Part shown: positions 29,212-38,665 of the stretch, piece after piece
Numbering within the stretch: the first letter of the stretch is position 1
Layout: each line of letters begins with the position of its first letter
Source of the DNA: Syntrophales bacterium
Lineage (GTDB): Bacteria; Desulfobacterota; Syntrophia; Syntrophales; UBA2210
Length of the DNA stretch: 64,000 bases
Assembly: GCA_963666365.2 (NCBI GenBank)
Contig: CAXXNF010000002.1
Coordinates: 2,406,667 to 2,470,666 of the forward strand
Direction of reading: 5' to 3'
Notes under the pieces: model-generated
The model's input: only the letters and a program-made list of their open reading frames with translations
Databases searched by the model: none
Told to the model about the DNA's origin: nothing
Translations under genes and position numbers: made by a program

Positions 29212-30478
29212 CGATTGCTTCCCTGTAGACATCGACGGTCTTCCGGGCGGCATGGCGCCAGGTAAAGGATCCCTGCACCCGCTCGAGGCCTGCTTTCCCC
29301 AAACGGTCGCGCTTTTTCGGGTTATCCAAAAGATCGACGATCGCGCGTTCAAGGGCGCCCGCATCACCGGGAGGCACCAGTACCCCCGCATCGCCGACCA
29401 CTTCAGGCAGTGCACCGCCGGTGGTGCTGATTACGGGCACGCCACAGGCCATGGCCTCGCCGGCGGGCATACCGAACCCTTCGTAGATCGAGGGAATCAC
29501 TGCCATGGTTGCCCGTGCGTAATAGCCGGCAAATTCTTCATATTCGATACGACCGGTAAAGGTCACGATGTCGCCCAGCCGCAATGTGTGCACAAGCTTC
29601 TCAATGACGCCGTGTTTTTTCGGGCTTCCGACCACCGTGAGGTTAATATCCCGGTAGCGTCTGATCGAGTGCACCGCTTCAAGAAGGTATCGCAATCCCT
29701 TGAGGGGAGTATCGGCGCTGTTGGTCACCAGGAGGCTGTGAGGCTCGCGCTTGATTTCGGGAAGGGGATAAAAAAAGTCCGTATTGATCCCGTTGGGCAC
29801 CACCCGAAACCGACGGCGCGATGTTTTGAAATCGTCACTTATATCCCTTTTCGAACATTCCGATACGGTGATAATGGGCGCTATCCTCCTCGACACCCTC
29901 TTCTGCATGCCCAGGAAGGAGTACCATCGCATCGTTTTGAGTTTTTTAAAAAGCGAACCGGCGGCATTAATTTCCACATCACGGTCCACGGTAATGGGAT
30001 GGTGGATGGTCGCCATCGTTGGATATCCGATATGCGGAAGACCGAGAAGCCCATAGGAAAGACACTGATTATCATGAATGATGTCATAGTCGGGGCGCTT
30101 GATTCTGAAATAATGAAACACGCGCCAACCGAAGGTAAAGGGCTCGGGAAATCCGCCAAGGGACATGCTGAGAAGCTCAAGCTGATTCAGAGGCGATGCA
30201 AGCGCTTCTATACGGTCCGGCTTAAACAGGTGATCGGGATTGTAGAGATCGAGTCCGGGAAGTTTGTGAAGGGTTACGTGGTCGACCGGCTCGGGATAGG
30301 GGGGGCCCGATATCACGTCCACCCGGTGCCCAAGGTCCCTGAGCGCGGTACTGAGGTATTTGATATAGACGCCCTGACCTCCGCAGGTAGGATTCCCCCG
30401 ATAGGTCAGGAGACATATCCTGAGAGAATCGTCATTGCCGTTCCCGCCCCTTGATTCCACAGGTCTTCTCCGCCCCAT
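29198..30478 (-). CDS. Family 4 (GT-B) glycosyltransferase
   Basis: CGGQGVY, KG, and the EGFGMPAGE E-x7-E motif, AMACGVP. Confidence 0.92.
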   Translation of the reverse strand: MGRRRPVESRGGNGNDDSLRICLLTYRGNPTCGGQGVYIKYLSTALRDLGHRVDVISGPPYPEPVDHVTLHKLPGLDLYNPDHLFKPDRIEALASPLNQLELLSMSLGGFPEPFTFGWRVFHYFRIKRPDYDIIHDNQCLSYGLLGLPHIGYPTMATIHHPITVDRDVEINAAGSLFKKLKTMRWYSFLGMQKRVSRRIAPIITVSECSKRDISDDFKTSRRRFRVVPNGINTDFFYPLPEIKREPHSLLVTNSADTPLKGLRYLLEAVHSIRRYRDINLTVVGSPKKHGVIEKLVHTLRLGDIVTFTGRIEYEEFAGYYARATMAVIPSIYEGFGMPAGEAMACGVPVISTTGGALPEVVGDAGVLVPPGDAGALERAIVDLLDNPKKRDRLGKAGLERVQGSFTWRHAARKTVDVYREAIDAHC

Positions 30479-30529
30479 AGCCGCCGGTGTGCTCCTCTTA
30501 TTGATCTGTAAGAGAGTTCCCTTTAGCAG

Positions 30530-30553
30530 AATTATGACCGAAGGTCAATAATT
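30530..30553. promoter_or_regulatory. Palindromic operator overlapping a minus-strand -35 element upstream of the glycosyltransferase operon
   Basis: AATTA-TGACC-GAA-GGTCA-A-TAATT; the minus strand reads TTGACC-17-TAAAGG. Confidence 0.55.
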
Positions 30554-30684
30554 ATGAAGCGACTGCCTGAGAGGTGTAAAGGATTGAAAAATGCTCGAAT
30601 ATTGTGGATCAGCCGCCCTTGCCGCGGGGCAGACGCTGATCGTTGCCCTCAAATATAAATTTTGTTTTCCCGTCTTCAAGGAAT

Positions 30685-30714
30685 GAGAGCCTCCCCCTTG
30701 AAAGGGAGACTCTC
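30685..30714 (-). terminator. Hairpin downstream of folD
   Basis: GAGAGCCTCCC...GGGAGACTCTC imperfect stem; weak U-tract. Confidence 0.4.
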
Positions 30715-30721
30715 TTCGCCT

Positions 30722-31579
30722 CTACAGGGTACGGCTCGCCCCGTTCAAGGTGTTCAAAAGAAGCATGGCGATCGTCATAGGCCCCACGCCACCGGGAACG
30801 GGTGTAATATGCGATGCCTTGGGCGCCACTTCGGAAAAAGCGACATCGCCTAAAAGTTTTCCTGTCTCCGATCTGTTTATGCCCACGTCAATGACCACGG
30901 CGCCCTCCTTGACCATGTCGCCGTGGATCATTTCAGGGCTTCCCGCCGCCGCCACCAGGATATCAGCCCGTCGCGTCACCTCGGCAAGCGCCCTTGTCCT
31001 CGTGTGACAGAGAGTAACCGTTGCGTGACGCGCGAGAAGCATCAGGGCAAGGGGTTTGCCCACGATATTGCTTCTTCCCACAATAACCGCCTCTTTCCCC
31101 TCGATGCCTATACGGTATCGATCCAGCAATTCAATGATGCCCAGCGGCGTACAGGACATATGGTGGGATGTGCCCGAAAAAAGCTTCCCCACGTTGTAAG
31201 GATGAAACCCGTCCACATCCTTTCGGGGGTTAATGGCCTCGACAAGAAACTCCGCATTCAGATGTTTCGGAAGCGGCAGTTGCACCAGAATTCCATGAAT
31301 TGACTCATCTTGGTTCAAATTCTCTATCAGGGCATGCACCTCTCCTTCCCCTGTTTCAGCGGGAAGCCTGAACTCACGTGAAAGAAAACCCGCCTCCAGA
31401 CAGGCGTTCTTTTTGCCCCGCACATAGATTTGCGATGCCGGATCGTCACCGACAAGAATCACGGCCAGTCCCGGCGTGATACCCCTCTCGTTTTTGAGAA
31501 GAAGGACCCTGTCCTTTATCTCGCTTCTTACCTTCTGAGCTACATCCTTGCCATCGATAATCACTGCCATGTACGTCAC
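30722..31579 (-). CDS. folD: Bifunctional methylenetetrahydrofolate dehydrogenase/cyclohydrolase
   Basis: GILVQLPLP, KDVDGFHP, GRSNIVGKP, PVPGGVGPMT. Start could be ATG 31570. Confidence 0.96.
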   Translation of the reverse strand: MTYMAVIIDGKDVAQKVRSEIKDRVLLLKNERGITPGLAVILVGDDPASQIYVRGKKNACLEAGFLSREFRLPAETGEGEVHALIENLNQDESIHGILVQLPLPKHLNAEFLVEAINPRKDVDGFHPYNVGKLFSGTSHHMSCTPLGIIELLDRYRIGIEGKEAVIVGRSNIVGKPLALMLLARHATVTLCHTRTRALAEVTRRADILVAAAGSPEMIHGDMVKEGAVVIDVGINRSETGKLLGDVAFSEVAPKASHITPVPGGVGPMTIAMLLLNTLNGASRTL

Positions 31580-31600
31580 ACTGCCCCTGTAAAATGATGC

Positions 31601-32182
31601 CTAGTCTTCAATGCCCATATAACCCTTTTTCAGTTTCTCGTCGGCCTTCTCCCCAAAGGTGTACCGGAAGTACATCTGTGCAAATTCACTCCCGGGGATA
31701 GTGCCCTTCACCTCCCCCTGCCATTCGAGCGTAAGGCCCTTTCCCGGCACATAGGTGGTCACCGACGTCTTTCCCGGTGCCATGCCCTTGTCGAACCAGG
31801 ATACATACTTCTCGATATCGGCCTTGTGCTTTTCAATCAGCTCGGGGGGATTGTTTGCCTCCATCATCTCCAGAAAGCCTTCCTGAAGTTTTTTCTGGGT
31901 TGCCTTGTCGGTAAGATAGTGCAAATAAAACTGTTTGACCTGTTCCGATTCAATGACTTCTTTCGGATCATGAGTCGGATTCTCAAGATACAGCCCTCCG
32001 GCGTACACCTTGACCCACAGTTTCTTCAGGAAAGAAACACCGTTGAGTGTGAGCGTCTTCCCGGCAACAACTTTTTCTCCGGGAAACTTCACGCCCAGAA
32101 TTTCTTTATCTTCCCCCCATACCGCGCCCGTACCCAGAAGCAGAAACAATGCCACCACTACAATTGCCGTCCATTTCTTCAT
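31601..32182 (-). CDS. Exported chalcone-isomerase-fold protein (possible fatty-acid-binding protein)
   Basis: Signal peptide MKKWTAIVVVALFLLL; LTLNGV...VKVYAGGLYL; KGTIPG.EF. Start at 32182 with a GGAGG RBS. Confidence 0.8.
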   Translation of the reverse strand: MKKWTAIVVVALFLLLGTGAVWGEDKEILGVKFPGEKVVAGKTLTLNGVSFLKKLWVKVYAGGLYLENPTHDPKEVIESEQVKQFYLHYLTDKATQKKLQEGFLEMMEANNPPELIEKHKADIEKYVSWFDKGMAPGKTSVTTYVPGKGLTLEWQGEVKGTIPGSEFAQMYFRYTFGEKADEKLKKGYMGIED

Positions 32183-32268
32183 ACTCCACCCCTCCTTCGT
32201 TGTCTGTTTGCGTTTCAATCTCACTTTGTGTTATGTGGAGATATTTCGTAGCTGGGAGAGACGTTTTC

Positions 32269-33732
32269 ATGAAAGAAGAAAATCTCGCATCCGCGTTGAC
32301 CAATGTCAGCGCCACATTTCCACATAACACGGCGATCATATACAAAGACCGATCGATACCATATCAGGAACTGAATCGGCAAGTCAACTCTTTCGCATGC
32401 ATTTTGAGAGATCTGGGCATCAAAAAGGGGGACAAGATCGCCATCATGCTTCCCAATATTCCGGAATTCGTCATCGCCTATTTTGCGGCGATGAAACTGG
32501 GTGCCGTGGCGGTTACCCTCAATACGGCATCGACCTCCTACGAACTCGGCTATCTTCTGGACAACAGCGATGCCGGAGCATTTATAACCATCCCCTCGTC
32601 TGCGAAGCGCCTTACCGACATTCGCCATGATCTTCCCTTGTGCAGGCATCTGATTGTCACCGAAGGAGACGAGGGGGATCTTTCCATGGAAAAGGCCGTT
32701 ACGGACGGACCCTTCGATTTTCAGTCACCGGAAATCAGCGGGGATGATCCGGCGGTGATCGTCTACACGGCCGGGCTGACGGGGCAACCTCTCGGCGCCG
32801 TTCTTACTCACAGAAACCTCTATACCCAATCGTTTCTGGTAAAAGAAGTGTGCGCCGGCACCGATCAGGACAGAGGGCTGTGCCTCATTCCCCTTTTTCA
32901 CACCTTCGGCGCCACAGTCAACATGCTCTGCGCCCTGAATATGGGCGCCGCAATGGTGATGATCGACAAGTTCAACCTGGAATCAGTGTTCAAAGCCATA
33001 GAGAAGGCCCGCGTCACCTACATCGCCGCGGTTCCGAGGGTATACCTCGGCATGCTGTTATACGAGGGAGCGGGGAAATTCGACATCGGCTCTCTACGAT
33101 TATGCATCACCGGCGGCTCTACCATGCCCGTCGATTATATTCACCTTTTCGAAGAAAAATTCAAAACCAAGCTTATGGAGGGGTATGGGCTTACGGAGGC
33201 ATCGCCGGTCTGTTCCTTCAGCCGTCCCGAGAGAACGCACAAACCCGGTTCGATAGGCGTTCCGGTTACCGATATAGAAGCGAAGATAGTAGATGACGAC
33301 GAGAGAACGCTCAAAACGGGCATGGTGGGAGAACTGGCAATCAGAGGCCCGAACGTAATGAAGGGTTATTACAAGGCCGAGAGGGAAACGGCACAGGTGA
33401 TAAGAAATGGCTGGCTCCACACAGGTGATCTCGCAATGATCGATGAGGAGGGGGATATCTTCCTGAGGGGTCGCAAGAAGCGCATGATCATTACCAGCGG
33501 GTTCAATGTGTACCCGAAAGAGGTCGAGGGCATCGTGCGCATGCATGAGGCCGTCAAGGAGTGTCTGGTAGAGGCGAAGGAGGATCTTTTACGGGGCGAG
33601 GTGGTCAAGGCCTTCGTGGTGCTCAACAACAATGCAGAGGCGGACGAAAAGGAAATTATGCGGCATTGCAGACAATACCTCTCTTCGTACAAGGTCCCCC
33701 GGGAGGTTGAATTTGTCACGGAATTGCCGTAG
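32269..33732 (+). CDS. Long-chain acyl-CoA ligase homologue with variant A3 and missing A10 motif
   Basis: PLFHTFG, EGYGLTE, WLHTGD retained; YTAGLTGQPLG at A3; ends at TELP*. Start MKEENL at 32269. Confidence 0.85.
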   Translation: MKEENLASALTNVSATFPHNTAIIYKDRSIPYQELNRQVNSFACILRDLGIKKGDKIAIMLPNIPEFVIAYFAAMKLGAVAVTLNTASTSYELGYLLDNSDAGAFITIPSSAKRLTDIRHDLPLCRHLIVTEGDEGDLSMEKAVTDGPFDFQSPEISGDDPAVIVYTAGLTGQPLGAVLTHRNLYTQSFLVKEVCAGTDQDRGLCLIPLFHTFGATVNMLCALNMGAAMVMIDKFNLESVFKAIEKARVTYIAAVPRVYLGMLLYEGAGKFDIGSLRLCITGGSTMPVDYIHLFEEKFKTKLMEGYGLTEASPVCSFSRPERTHKPGSIGVPVTDIEAKIVDDDERTLKTGMVGELAIRGPNVMKGYYKAERETAQVIRNGWLHTGDLAMIDEEGDIFLRGRKKRMIITSGFNVYPKEVEGIVRMHEAVKECLVEAKEDLLRGEVVKAFVVLNNNAEADEKEIMRHCRQYLSSYKVPREVEFVTELP

Positions 33733-33829
33733 CGCATTTTCCATACCGTCAATCGGAATTTCAAGAGAAGCCTATACTTTGGGCAAAAGCTCGATATGCT
33801 GTAATTACATAACAATAAGGAGATAATAT

Positions 33830-35119
33830 ATGAAAGAGGTAGTTATCGTCAGTGGAGCGAGAACCGCGGTAGGCAGCTTCGGCGGTTCGTTGAAGGATGT
33901 CAAGTGCGTTGATCTGGGCGCCCTGGTGATCAAAGAGGCGATCAAACGGGCCGGTCTTCGCCCCGCAGTGAGCGATTTTATCAAGTTCTGCCGACCCGAT
34001 GCGTTCGGTGAGTTTGACATGACCGAACTCAACAGGAAATATTATGACTATGACGATGCTTTGAACCCGGTCTATTTTGATGAATGTATCATGGGAAATG
34101 TAATTCTCGCCGGTCAGGGTCAGAATCCGGGACGGCAGGCATCGATTTACGCGGGACTGCCGGAGGAAACGAATACCATAACCATCAACAAGGTGTGCGC
34201 TTCCGGAATGAAGGCCATTACGCTGGCCGCGCAGATAATCAAGGCCGGCGATGCGGACATCATGATCGCCGGTGGAATGGAAAATATGAGTATGGTTCCC
34301 TTCGGCCTTCCCAAGGCGCGCTGGGGTTATCGCATGAATATGCCCTTCGGAGAAATCACCGATTTGATGGTTCATGACGGTCTTTACGAAATATTCAACA
34401 AATACCACATGGGCTTCACCGCCGAAAATATCGCTGAAAAATACGGCATCACCAAAGAAGAACAGGATCAACTGGGGGTGCTGAGCCATCAGCGGGCGCG
34501 GGCGGCAATCGCCTCGGGCGCCGTGGCCGATGAAATAGTTCCGGTGGTGATGCCTCAGCGCAAGGGTGATCCCGTCATATTTGACGTAGACGAACGGCCC
34601 ATGGATACGAATATGGAAAAAATGTCCAAGCTTGCCCCGGTCTTCAAGAAGGGTGGCACGGTCACGGCGGGAAATGCCTCGGGGATTAATGACGCCGCCT
34701 GTGCCGTGGTGGTGATGAGCGCTGAGAAGGCTCGGGAGTTGGGGCTGAAACCGCTGGCAAAAATAAAGGGCTATGCCTCGGGCGGCGTCGATCCCGCCTA
34801 TATGGGTCTTGGACCGATACCGGCAACGCGAAAAGTCCTCGGCACACTGGGACTCACCATGAAAGACATCGATTATGTTGAACTGAACGAAGCCTTTGCC
34901 TGCCAGGCGATCGCCTGCATGCGGGAGCTCGATATCGACATCGACAAATGCAATCTCAATGGAAGCGGTATTTCCATCGGCCATCCCGTCGGTACCACGG
35001 GCGCGCGCATTACCTATAGCCTGGCTGCCCAGATGCAAAAGAGGGACCTGAATCTCGGCCTGGCGACGCTGTGCATCGGAGGCGGTCAGGGCATGTCGAT
35101 AGTCCTGGAACGGGTTTAG
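33830..35119 (+). CDS. Thiolase (acetyl-CoA C-acetyltransferase) with an N-terminal ~35-aa insertion
   Basis: [27 protein letters not shown]. Confidence 0.93.
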   Translation: MKEVVIVSGARTAVGSFGGSLKDVKCVDLGALVIKEAIKRAGLRPAVSDFIKFCRPDAFGEFDMTELNRKYYDYDDALNPVYFDECIMGNVILAGQGQNPGRQASIYAGLPEETNTITINKVCASGMKAITLAAQIIKAGDADIMIAGGMENMSMVPFGLPKARWGYRMNMPFGEITDLMVHDGLYEIFNKYHMGFTAENIAEKYGITKEEQDQLGVLSHQRARAAIASGAVADEIVPVVMPQRKGDPVIFDVDERPMDTNMEKMSKLAPVFKKGGTVTAGNASGINDAACAVVVMSAEKARELGLKPLAKIKGYASGGVDPAYMGLGPIPATRKVLGTLGLTMKDIDYVELNEAFACQAIACMRELDIDIDKCNLNGSGISIGHPVGTTGARITYSLAAQMQKRDLNLGLATLCIGGGQGMSIVLERV

Positions 35120-35156
35120 AAAATTAACGTCCCTACACTATATCAAGGAGCACACT

Positions 35157-36305
35157 ATGAATTTTGCACCGACGGAAGAACAACAGATGGTTAAGGATAT
35201 GGTGGCACGGTTTGTGGATGAAGAGATCAAACCGAAGGCCGAGGAGTTTGACCGCACCCATGAGCATCCCCAGGCAGTGATCAGGAAGCTTGGTGAGATG
35301 GGGTTGATGGGGGTGGCCGTTCCCACGGAATACGACGGCGCCGGGATGGACAATGTGACCTACGTTATGGCCCTCATCGAGATTTCGCGGGGCTGCGCCA
35401 GCTGCGGCGTGATCACTTCGGTCAACAATTCGCTCTACGGCTATCCCGTGAAGACCTTCGGCACCGATGAGCAGAAGAAGAAATTTCTTGCCCCCGTGGC
35501 GGGAGGGCTTGTCGAGGGGTGTTACGCCCTGACCGAATCGGGCGCGGGGTCGGACGCCGCCGCGCTCCGGTGCCGGGCGGAGCTGAAGGGCGACAGGTAC
35601 ATTGTCAACGGCGTCAAGAAATTCATTACCAGCGGCAATGTGGCCCAGTACTGCGTGCTCGCGGCAACGGAAGATCCGGCAAAGGGCTACAAGGGTATTT
35701 TGAACCTTATCGTCGATCTGAAAAATACTCCCGGCTTTTCGGTGGGCACGATCGAAGACAAGATGGGAATACTCGCCTCGGGGACGGCGGAGCTCGTCTT
35801 TGAGGACGCCGAGGTGCCGGCGGCGAACCTGCTGGGCAAACCGGGAGAAGGGTTCAAGCAGATGATGATGGGACTGGACGCGGGACGTATCGGCATCGGG
35901 GCGCAGGCCTGCGGCATCGGCAAGGCCGTGCTGGAAGATTGTCTCGCCTACGCCCAGGATCGGGAACAGTTCGGCAAACCGATCACCTCCTTCCAGGCGA
36001 TCCAATGGAAGCTGGCCGACATGGCAACGGAGATCGACGCCGCGGAGATGCTGCTGCTCAAGGCCGCCTGGCTGGAAGACAACGGCCTGGATTTCGAGAA
36101 GGAAGCGGCCATGGCCAAGATGTACGCCTCCGACGTCACCATGCGGGCCGCCGTCGAGGGCGTGCAGATATTCGGCGGCTACGGATACTGCAAGGATTAT
36201 CCGGCGGAGCGGCACATGCGCGATGCCAAGATCTGCCAGATCTACGAAGGCACCAACGAGGTGCAGCGGATGGTCATTGCACGAAAACTGCTGAAGATGA
36301 GATAA
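35157..36305 (+). CDS. Short-chain-type acyl-CoA dehydrogenase
   Basis: ALTESGAGSD, REQFGKPI, FGGYGY, IYEGT. Confidence 0.92.
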   Translation: MNFAPTEEQQMVKDMVARFVDEEIKPKAEEFDRTHEHPQAVIRKLGEMGLMGVAVPTEYDGAGMDNVTYVMALIEISRGCASCGVITSVNNSLYGYPVKTFGTDEQKKKFLAPVAGGLVEGCYALTESGAGSDAAALRCRAELKGDRYIVNGVKKFITSGNVAQYCVLAATEDPAKGYKGILNLIVDLKNTPGFSVGTIEDKMGILASGTAELVFEDAEVPAANLLGKPGEGFKQMMMGLDAGRIGIGAQACGIGKAVLEDCLAYAQDREQFGKPITSFQAIQWKLADMATEIDAAEMLLLKAAWLEDNGLDFEKEAAMAKMYASDVTMRAAVEGVQIFGGYGYCKDYPAERHMRDAKICQIYEGTNEVQRMVIARKLLKMR

Positions 36306-36311
36306 GAAACC

Positions 36312-36351
36312 CAGCGGAAAGAGCGGGAACGCCGACCCGCTCTTTCCGCTG
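36312..36351. terminator. Perfect 16-bp hairpin after the ACAD gene (terminator or stabiliser)
   Basis: CAGCGGAAAGAGCGGG-8nt-CCCGCTCTTTCCGCTG; no U-tract on the plus strand. Confidence 0.5.
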
Positions 36352-36384
36352 AACACCACATTCATTAAAGAAAAGGACACAGTC

Positions 36385-37593
36385 ATGAACCCGGAGATTA
36401 TCGATTCCCTGGCGACTAAAAACAAGGCGAAGATTGTCTTTCTCATCATGGACGGTCTGGGGGGCCTGCCCTGGGAACACAACCATCTCACCGAGCTTGA
36501 AACCGCCCATACCCCGCACCTGGACGCACTGGCGCAGCAATCGGTCTGCGGTCTTCTCGATCCCGTGGGGTACGGTGTGACACCGGGCAGCGGACCTGCC
36601 CATTTCGCCCTCTTCGGCTATGATCCCGTCAAAACCTCAGTGGGAAGAGGCTTGCTGTCCGCCGCCGGCATCGACTTTTCCATGACGGAACGAGATCTTT
36701 TCATGCGGGTAAATCTCGCCACCATCAATGCTGACGGCATCGTGACGGACCGAAGAGCGGGCCGCATCGACACAGATTCAAACCGGCGGATCTGCGAAAA
36801 GATGCAGGCCCGCATCGACCTGGGGAACGACGTTCAATTCTTCATGGCACCGGAAAAAGAACATCGCGCCCTGATTGCCCTTCGCGGTGACGACCTTTCC
36901 GACGAACTCACTGACAGCGATCCGGAAGCGGCGGGGAAAGCGCCGCTGATCCCCCGGGCCCTGAACCCGGCGGCGGAAAGGACCGCACACATTGTACAAC
37001 GCCTTTTGCAACAGGCTCATGCTATCCTCTCCGACGAGGAACGGGCCAACATGATCCTCCTGAGAGGATTCGCGCGGTACCGTAAATTTAATACCCTTTC
37101 TGAACGGTTCGGCCTCACGCCGCTTGCCATCGCGGAATATCCCATGTACCGTGGAATCTCACGTCTGCTCGGCATGGACATCCACCCCATTACGGGTTCC
37201 ATTGAAGGAGAAATCGCCGCGCTGGAAGCGTCTTTTGAACACTACGACTTTTTCTTCGTCCATATCAAGCCCACCGATTCACGGGGAGAAGACGGCGATT
37301 TCGATGCAAAGGTCAAGGTCATTGAAGAGGTCGATTCTTACCTTCCCGCCGTCACAGGGCTCAAACCCGACGTCCTGGTGGTGACGGGGGATCATTCCAC
37401 CCCAGCCGCCATGGGCGGCCACAGCTGGCATCCCGTGCCGGTCATTCTGGCGTCGCGGACCTGCCGGCCCGACCGGGTAGAGCGTTTCGGAGAACGGGAT
37501 TGCATCGGCGGGGGACTTGCGCGCATGCCCATGATGTACCTCATGGGACTCGCCCTGGCTCATGGGGGAAAGCTTTCCAAATACGGCGCCTGA
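36385..37593 (+). CDS. apgM: 2,3-bisphosphoglycerate-independent phosphoglycerate mutase (archaeal type)
   Basis: MDGLGG, TPGSGPAH, DRRAGRI, TGDHSTP, HSWHPVP. Confidence 0.9.
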   Translation: MNPEIIDSLATKNKAKIVFLIMDGLGGLPWEHNHLTELETAHTPHLDALAQQSVCGLLDPVGYGVTPGSGPAHFALFGYDPVKTSVGRGLLSAAGIDFSMTERDLFMRVNLATINADGIVTDRRAGRIDTDSNRRICEKMQARIDLGNDVQFFMAPEKEHRALIALRGDDLSDELTDSDPEAAGKAPLIPRALNPAAERTAHIVQRLLQQAHAILSDEERANMILLRGFARYRKFNTLSERFGLTPLAIAEYPMYRGISRLLGMDIHPITGSIEGEIAALEASFEHYDFFFVHIKPTDSRGEDGDFDAKVKVIEEVDSYLPAVTGLKPDVLVVTGDHSTPAAMGGHSWHPVPVILASRTCRPDRVERFGERDCIGGGLARMPMMYLMGLALAHGGKLSKYGA

Positions 37594-37605
37594 GATGCGG
37601 TTTTA

Positions 37606-37733
37606 TCGCGCTGAGACGCAGAGAAAAACCTTCTTTATTAGGGTGCAAGGTATAAGGTGCGAGGTTTAGGGTAAAAAATCCCCTCGCACCCCACACCTTA
37701 TACCTCGAATCCTGTACCCCGTGCCCTGCACCT
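37606..37733. repeat. Composite repeat: one CTCTGCG-family half unit plus a 7-bp-period inverted tandem array
   Basis: TCGCGCTGAGACGCAGAG at 37606-37623; GGGTGCA AGGTATA AGGTGCG AGGTTTA GGGTAAA at 37641-37675; complementary CCTCGCA CCCCACA CCTTATA CCTCGAA... at 37682-37733. Confidence 0.8.
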
Positions 37734-37820
37734 ACAGACCAAACAGATCTGGACAAAGCTCTCCCAAATATGCAAAAGTTAAAAACGAATGGTGTAATTG
37801 TAAGGGGGCACAGTAACGAG

Positions 37821-38606
37821 ATGACCAGCGATGCAACGTCAACCAAAATTGAAGAGATCGCCGATCTTATCGTCAACGCAGACACTGTCGTCGTGTTCAC
37901 GGGGGCCGGCATCAGCACCGAATCGGGGATTCCCGACTTTCGTTCGCCGGGAGGGGTATGGACGAAATTCGATCCCAGGGAATTCACGTACCAGCGGTTC
38001 GTGAGCAACATCGAAGTGCGGCGCAAGGCCTGGCAGTTCTTTCGTGCCATACCCTGGACAAAGGTCGAACCCAACAGGGCCCACTTTGCCGTTGCCGAAC
38101 TTGAAAAAATGGGCAAGCTGGATTGCGTCATTACGCAGAATATCGACGGTCTGCACCAATTGGCGGGCAACAGGCCGGAAAAGGTGATCGAGCTTCACGG
38201 CACTACCCGCTATGTGCTCTGCCTGGAATGCGGCAAGCGCTGGCCCCGTGAGGAAATCGAAGGGTGGCTCGATGAAGGAATCGAAATCCCCCTGTGCGAT
38301 GCCTGCGGCGGCATCATGAAATCGGCCACCATATCCTTCGGTCAGGCCATGCCCGTGGAAGAAACGCAGGAGGCGGAAGTCCGCTCCCGCCAGTGCGATC
38401 TCTGTATCGTGATCGGCTCGTCTCTGGTGGTCTACCCCGCCGCCCATATGCCCGCATATGCTGTGCAGAGCGGCGCCAGACTGGTCATCATCAATCGAGA
38501 TCCAACCCCCCTCGACTATATGGCATCGGTGGTGGTAAATGCAGGTGCAGGGGACATCATGGTCGGAGTGCTGGACGCGGTAAAGAAGAAACTTCGAAGC
38601 CCTTAG
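37821..38606 (+). CDS. cobB: NAD-dependent protein deacylase (sirtuin)
   Basis: TGAGISTESGIPDFR, TQNIDGLH, ELHG, two CxxC, GSSLVVYPA. Start uncertain (37770 or 37821). Confidence 0.92.
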   Translation: MTSDATSTKIEEIADLIVNADTVVVFTGAGISTESGIPDFRSPGGVWTKFDPREFTYQRFVSNIEVRRKAWQFFRAIPWTKVEPNRAHFAVAELEKMGKLDCVITQNIDGLHQLAGNRPEKVIELHGTTRYVLCLECGKRWPREEIEGWLDEGIEIPLCDACGGIMKSATISFGQAMPVEETQEAEVRSRQCDLCIVIGSSLVVYPAAHMPAYAVQSGARLVIINRDPTPLDYMASVVVNAGAGDIMVGVLDAVKKKLRSP

Positions 38607-38613
38607 CCTTCAC

Positions 38614-38649
38614 AAAAAAAAAGCTGGAGAAACTCCTCCAGCCTTTTTT
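38614..38649. terminator. Bidirectional intrinsic terminator
   Basis: A9-GCTGGAG-loop-CTCCAGC-C-T6 between the convergent sirtuin and iorB genes. Confidence 0.85.
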
Positions 38650-38665
38650 GTACTTCATAGAGTGG

